The notes beneath the pieces are model-generated. The model did not search any database. It saw nothing but the letters and a program-made list of their open reading frames with translations, and had not been told where the DNA came from. DNA of 39,235 nucleotides, from positions 1 through 39,235 of IMG/VR virus record IMGVR_UViG_3300010300_000031; one strand, written 5' to 3'. The stretch comes from a virus. Its lineage: Duplodnaviria > Caudoviricetes. Positions 37,874 through 39,235 of this stretch are shown here, one piece after another. Made by a program: the position numbers and the translations under genes. Positions within the stretch are counted from its first letter, which is position 1, and each line of letters starts with the position of its first letter.

Positions 37874-37899
37874 TTATATCAATGAGAAATTCTACTCAT

Positions 37900-37926
37900 A
37901 AAAAAAGAGACCCGAAGGTCTCTTTT
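37900..37926 (-). terminator. Terminator with UUCG tetraloop
   Basis: AAAAGAGACC-TTCG-GGTCTCTTTT-TTT. Confidence 0.88.
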
Positions 37927-37935
37927 GAAGAATAT

Positions 37936-38583
37936 TCAGTTTTCAGGAAACTTTATGAAACTACCTTTAACGATTGAAATTATTTTTTTAGTTTCATCAA
38001 AATTTTTATTTTTACTTTTTAAATAATCAATATATCCATACCCACTTTTAAGATAATCATTTAATTCATCGAGTTGTTTTTTATCTTCATTTTTAATATA
38101 AAATTTTTTTCCAATTTTTATTCTATCAATTTCGGCAACACGGCACCAATTTGACATTGTTGATGGTCCACATTTATATTCTGACATCAATTCTTTAGTA
38201 TAAATAAGACCCTCAATCAAAACATTATTATTACTAGTATGATTACTTAAAGCTCTAGGAACTTTATTTTGGTTTATACAATAAACATTATTTAAATATT
38301 TTTCAATTAAAGAGTTCTCACAAAAAATCATTTCACTCTCATCAAAAAATTCTTTAATAATAACTTTATTTGGATTAAAATAATTTTTATTTTTATATGA
38401 TCCAAAATAACTTACATCTTCTTCCGGTTTACATTCACAAATTCTAGATCCAATATAAAAATAACCATCATCAAAAAATGTCACATAGACATAATAATTT
38501 TTAATTTTATTGTATCGTGCAGAAATATTTTTAACTTCAGAAAAAATTTCATTAATAATATTAACTGGATTGTTTTGAATCAT
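37936..38583 (-). CDS. GIY-YIG (Seg-like) homing-endonuclease-like protein with C-terminal HTH-like region
   Basis: YYVY-x9-YIGSR...YFGS; C-terminal KELMSEYKCGPSTMSNW; visibly very AT-rich. Confidence 0.7.
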   Translation of the reverse strand: MIQNNPVNIINEIFSEVKNISARYNKIKNYYVYVTFFDDGYFYIGSRICECKPEEDVSYFGSYKNKNYFNPNKVIIKEFFDESEMIFCENSLIEKYLNNVYCINQNKVPRALSNHTSNNNVLIEGLIYTKELMSEYKCGPSTMSNWCRVAEIDRIKIGKKFYIKNEDKKQLDELNDYLKSGYGYIDYLKSKNKNFDETKKIISIVKGSFIKFPEN

Positions 38584-38589
38584 AAGTTA

Positions 38590-39015
38590 TTAGGGTTCTT
38601 TCAAGTATTCTATCATACTTTGGAGGATTTGGGTATTGTCTCCTACAAGACCTAATGCGGTGTTGCAGTTATGACAGAGTAGTTTTCTAACTTTACCAGT
38701 AGTATGACAATGGTCTACACATAACTTTTTCCACTTACCATTACCTTCATTATCACAAATAGCACATCGTCCATTTTGCTCTTCATACATTTTTGTATGT
38801 TCTTCAAGAGTTATACCATAGTTTCTTTTTAGATCATTATTTCTTGTGCGTTCTGGGTTTACTTGATGTCTTGCCTTTACTCTTGCTTTATCACATTCTT
38901 TACAGGCAGAATGTCTTCTACCAGTTTTCTTATCCCGAAAATAAAATTCAAGAATACTTTTTTCTTCTCCACAAGTCATACAAGTTCTATAGAGATCAGA
39001 ATACAATTTAGTCAT
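38590..39015 (-). CDS. Endonuclease VII-family free-standing homing endonuclease (F-CphI-like)
   Basis: N-terminal CMTC...CKEC; YGIT.EE...QNGRCAIC...VDHCHTTGKVRKLLCHNCN; located directly downstream of psbA. Confidence 0.88.
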   Translation of the reverse strand: MTKLYSDLYRTCMTCGEEKSILEFYFRDKKTGRRHSACKECDKARVKARHQVNPERTRNNDLKRNYGITLEEHTKMYEEQNGRCAICDNEGNGKWKKLCVDHCHTTGKVRKLLCHNCNTALGLVGDNTQILQSMIEYLKEP

Positions 39016-39040
39016 TTTCGTGCTTTCTTTCGTGTATAAC

Positions 39041-39058
39041 TATTTATACATTATACCA
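39041..39058 (-). promoter_or_regulatory. Late promoter plus extended -10 for the endonuclease gene
   Basis: TGGTATAAT (39058-39050) then TATAAATA (39048-39041). Confidence 0.7.
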
Positions 39059-39059
39059 T

Positions 39060-39086
39060 AAAAAAAGGAACCCGAAGGTTCCTTTT
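39060..39086 (-). terminator. psbA terminator with UUCG tetraloop
   Basis: AAAAGGAACC-TTCG-GGTTCCTTTT-TTT. Confidence 0.9.
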
Positions 39087-39110
39087 CTGTTTATTCAGTT
39101 TTTAGTTTTC

Positions 39111-39188
39111 TCAACCAATGGTAGGAGCAGTAAGTGCTACGGGAGTAGATTCTGCTGCTGCGAGGTCAAGAGGGAAGTTGTGAGCATT
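39111..39188 (-). CDS. psbA: Photosystem II D1, last exon
   Basis: NAHNFPLDLAAAESTPVALTAPTIG-stop, the D1 C-terminus from N335. Confidence 0.95.
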   Translation of the reverse strand, partial: NAHNFPLDLAAAESTPVALTAPTIG

Positions 39189-39235
39189 CCTTGTGTTTTA
39201 ACCTTTGTCGCCAAAGGGAGCGGACTATATCATCA
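39189..39235 (-). mobile_element. 3' end of a group I intron in psbA (partial)
   Basis: GAUAUAGUCC S/P7 element, P9 hairpin CCUUUG-GCGA-CAAAGG, terminal G before AAT; in-frame TAA where D1 MHER is expected. Confidence 0.88.

Noticed and set aside
37792-37977. Plus-strand 61-aa ORF
   Set aside because: Non-ATG start, runs across the terminator and psbD promoter region, opposite to all other genes.
1-39235. tRNA/rRNA genes, integrase, alternative genetic code
   Set aside because: No cloverleaf or recombinase seen by eye; long ORFs are open in the standard code and TAA, TAG and TGA all terminate genes.

Overview
This window is a segment of a T4-like cyanomyovirus genome, with essentially all real genes on the minus strand. 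The D1 C-terminal extension suggests a Synechococcus/Cyanobium-type host (inference). In transcription order (right to left) it holds: the 3' end of a group I intron and the last psbA exon; two free-standing homing-endonuclease-like genes (EndoVII/F-CphI-like and GIY-YIG-like); psbD with a perfect HLR1-like (RpaB) repeat upstream; small hypothetical genes; talC; a ~28 kb late block of virion/tail-fibre genes (LamG, Gly-rich, HNH, three mosaic FG-GAP propeller paralogs, Cys-rich 14-aa-repeat fibres, two with S74 chaperone domains); a sulfotransferase-glycosyltransferase-carbamoyltransferase cassette; glutaredoxin; conserved hypotheticals; and the 5' part of thyX. The most striking element is at 700-1325. 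An NtcA box and a near-consensus sigma70 promoter precede a double glutamine-riboswitch structure whose two cores are linked by a shared helix. An unannotated 56-codon ORF sits inside the second aptamer's P2 loop, with its AUG in the P2 stem and its stop in P3/loop-E. A DUF4278-like peptide and a small membrane peptide follow. Family assignments come from motif recognition only; no searches were run.
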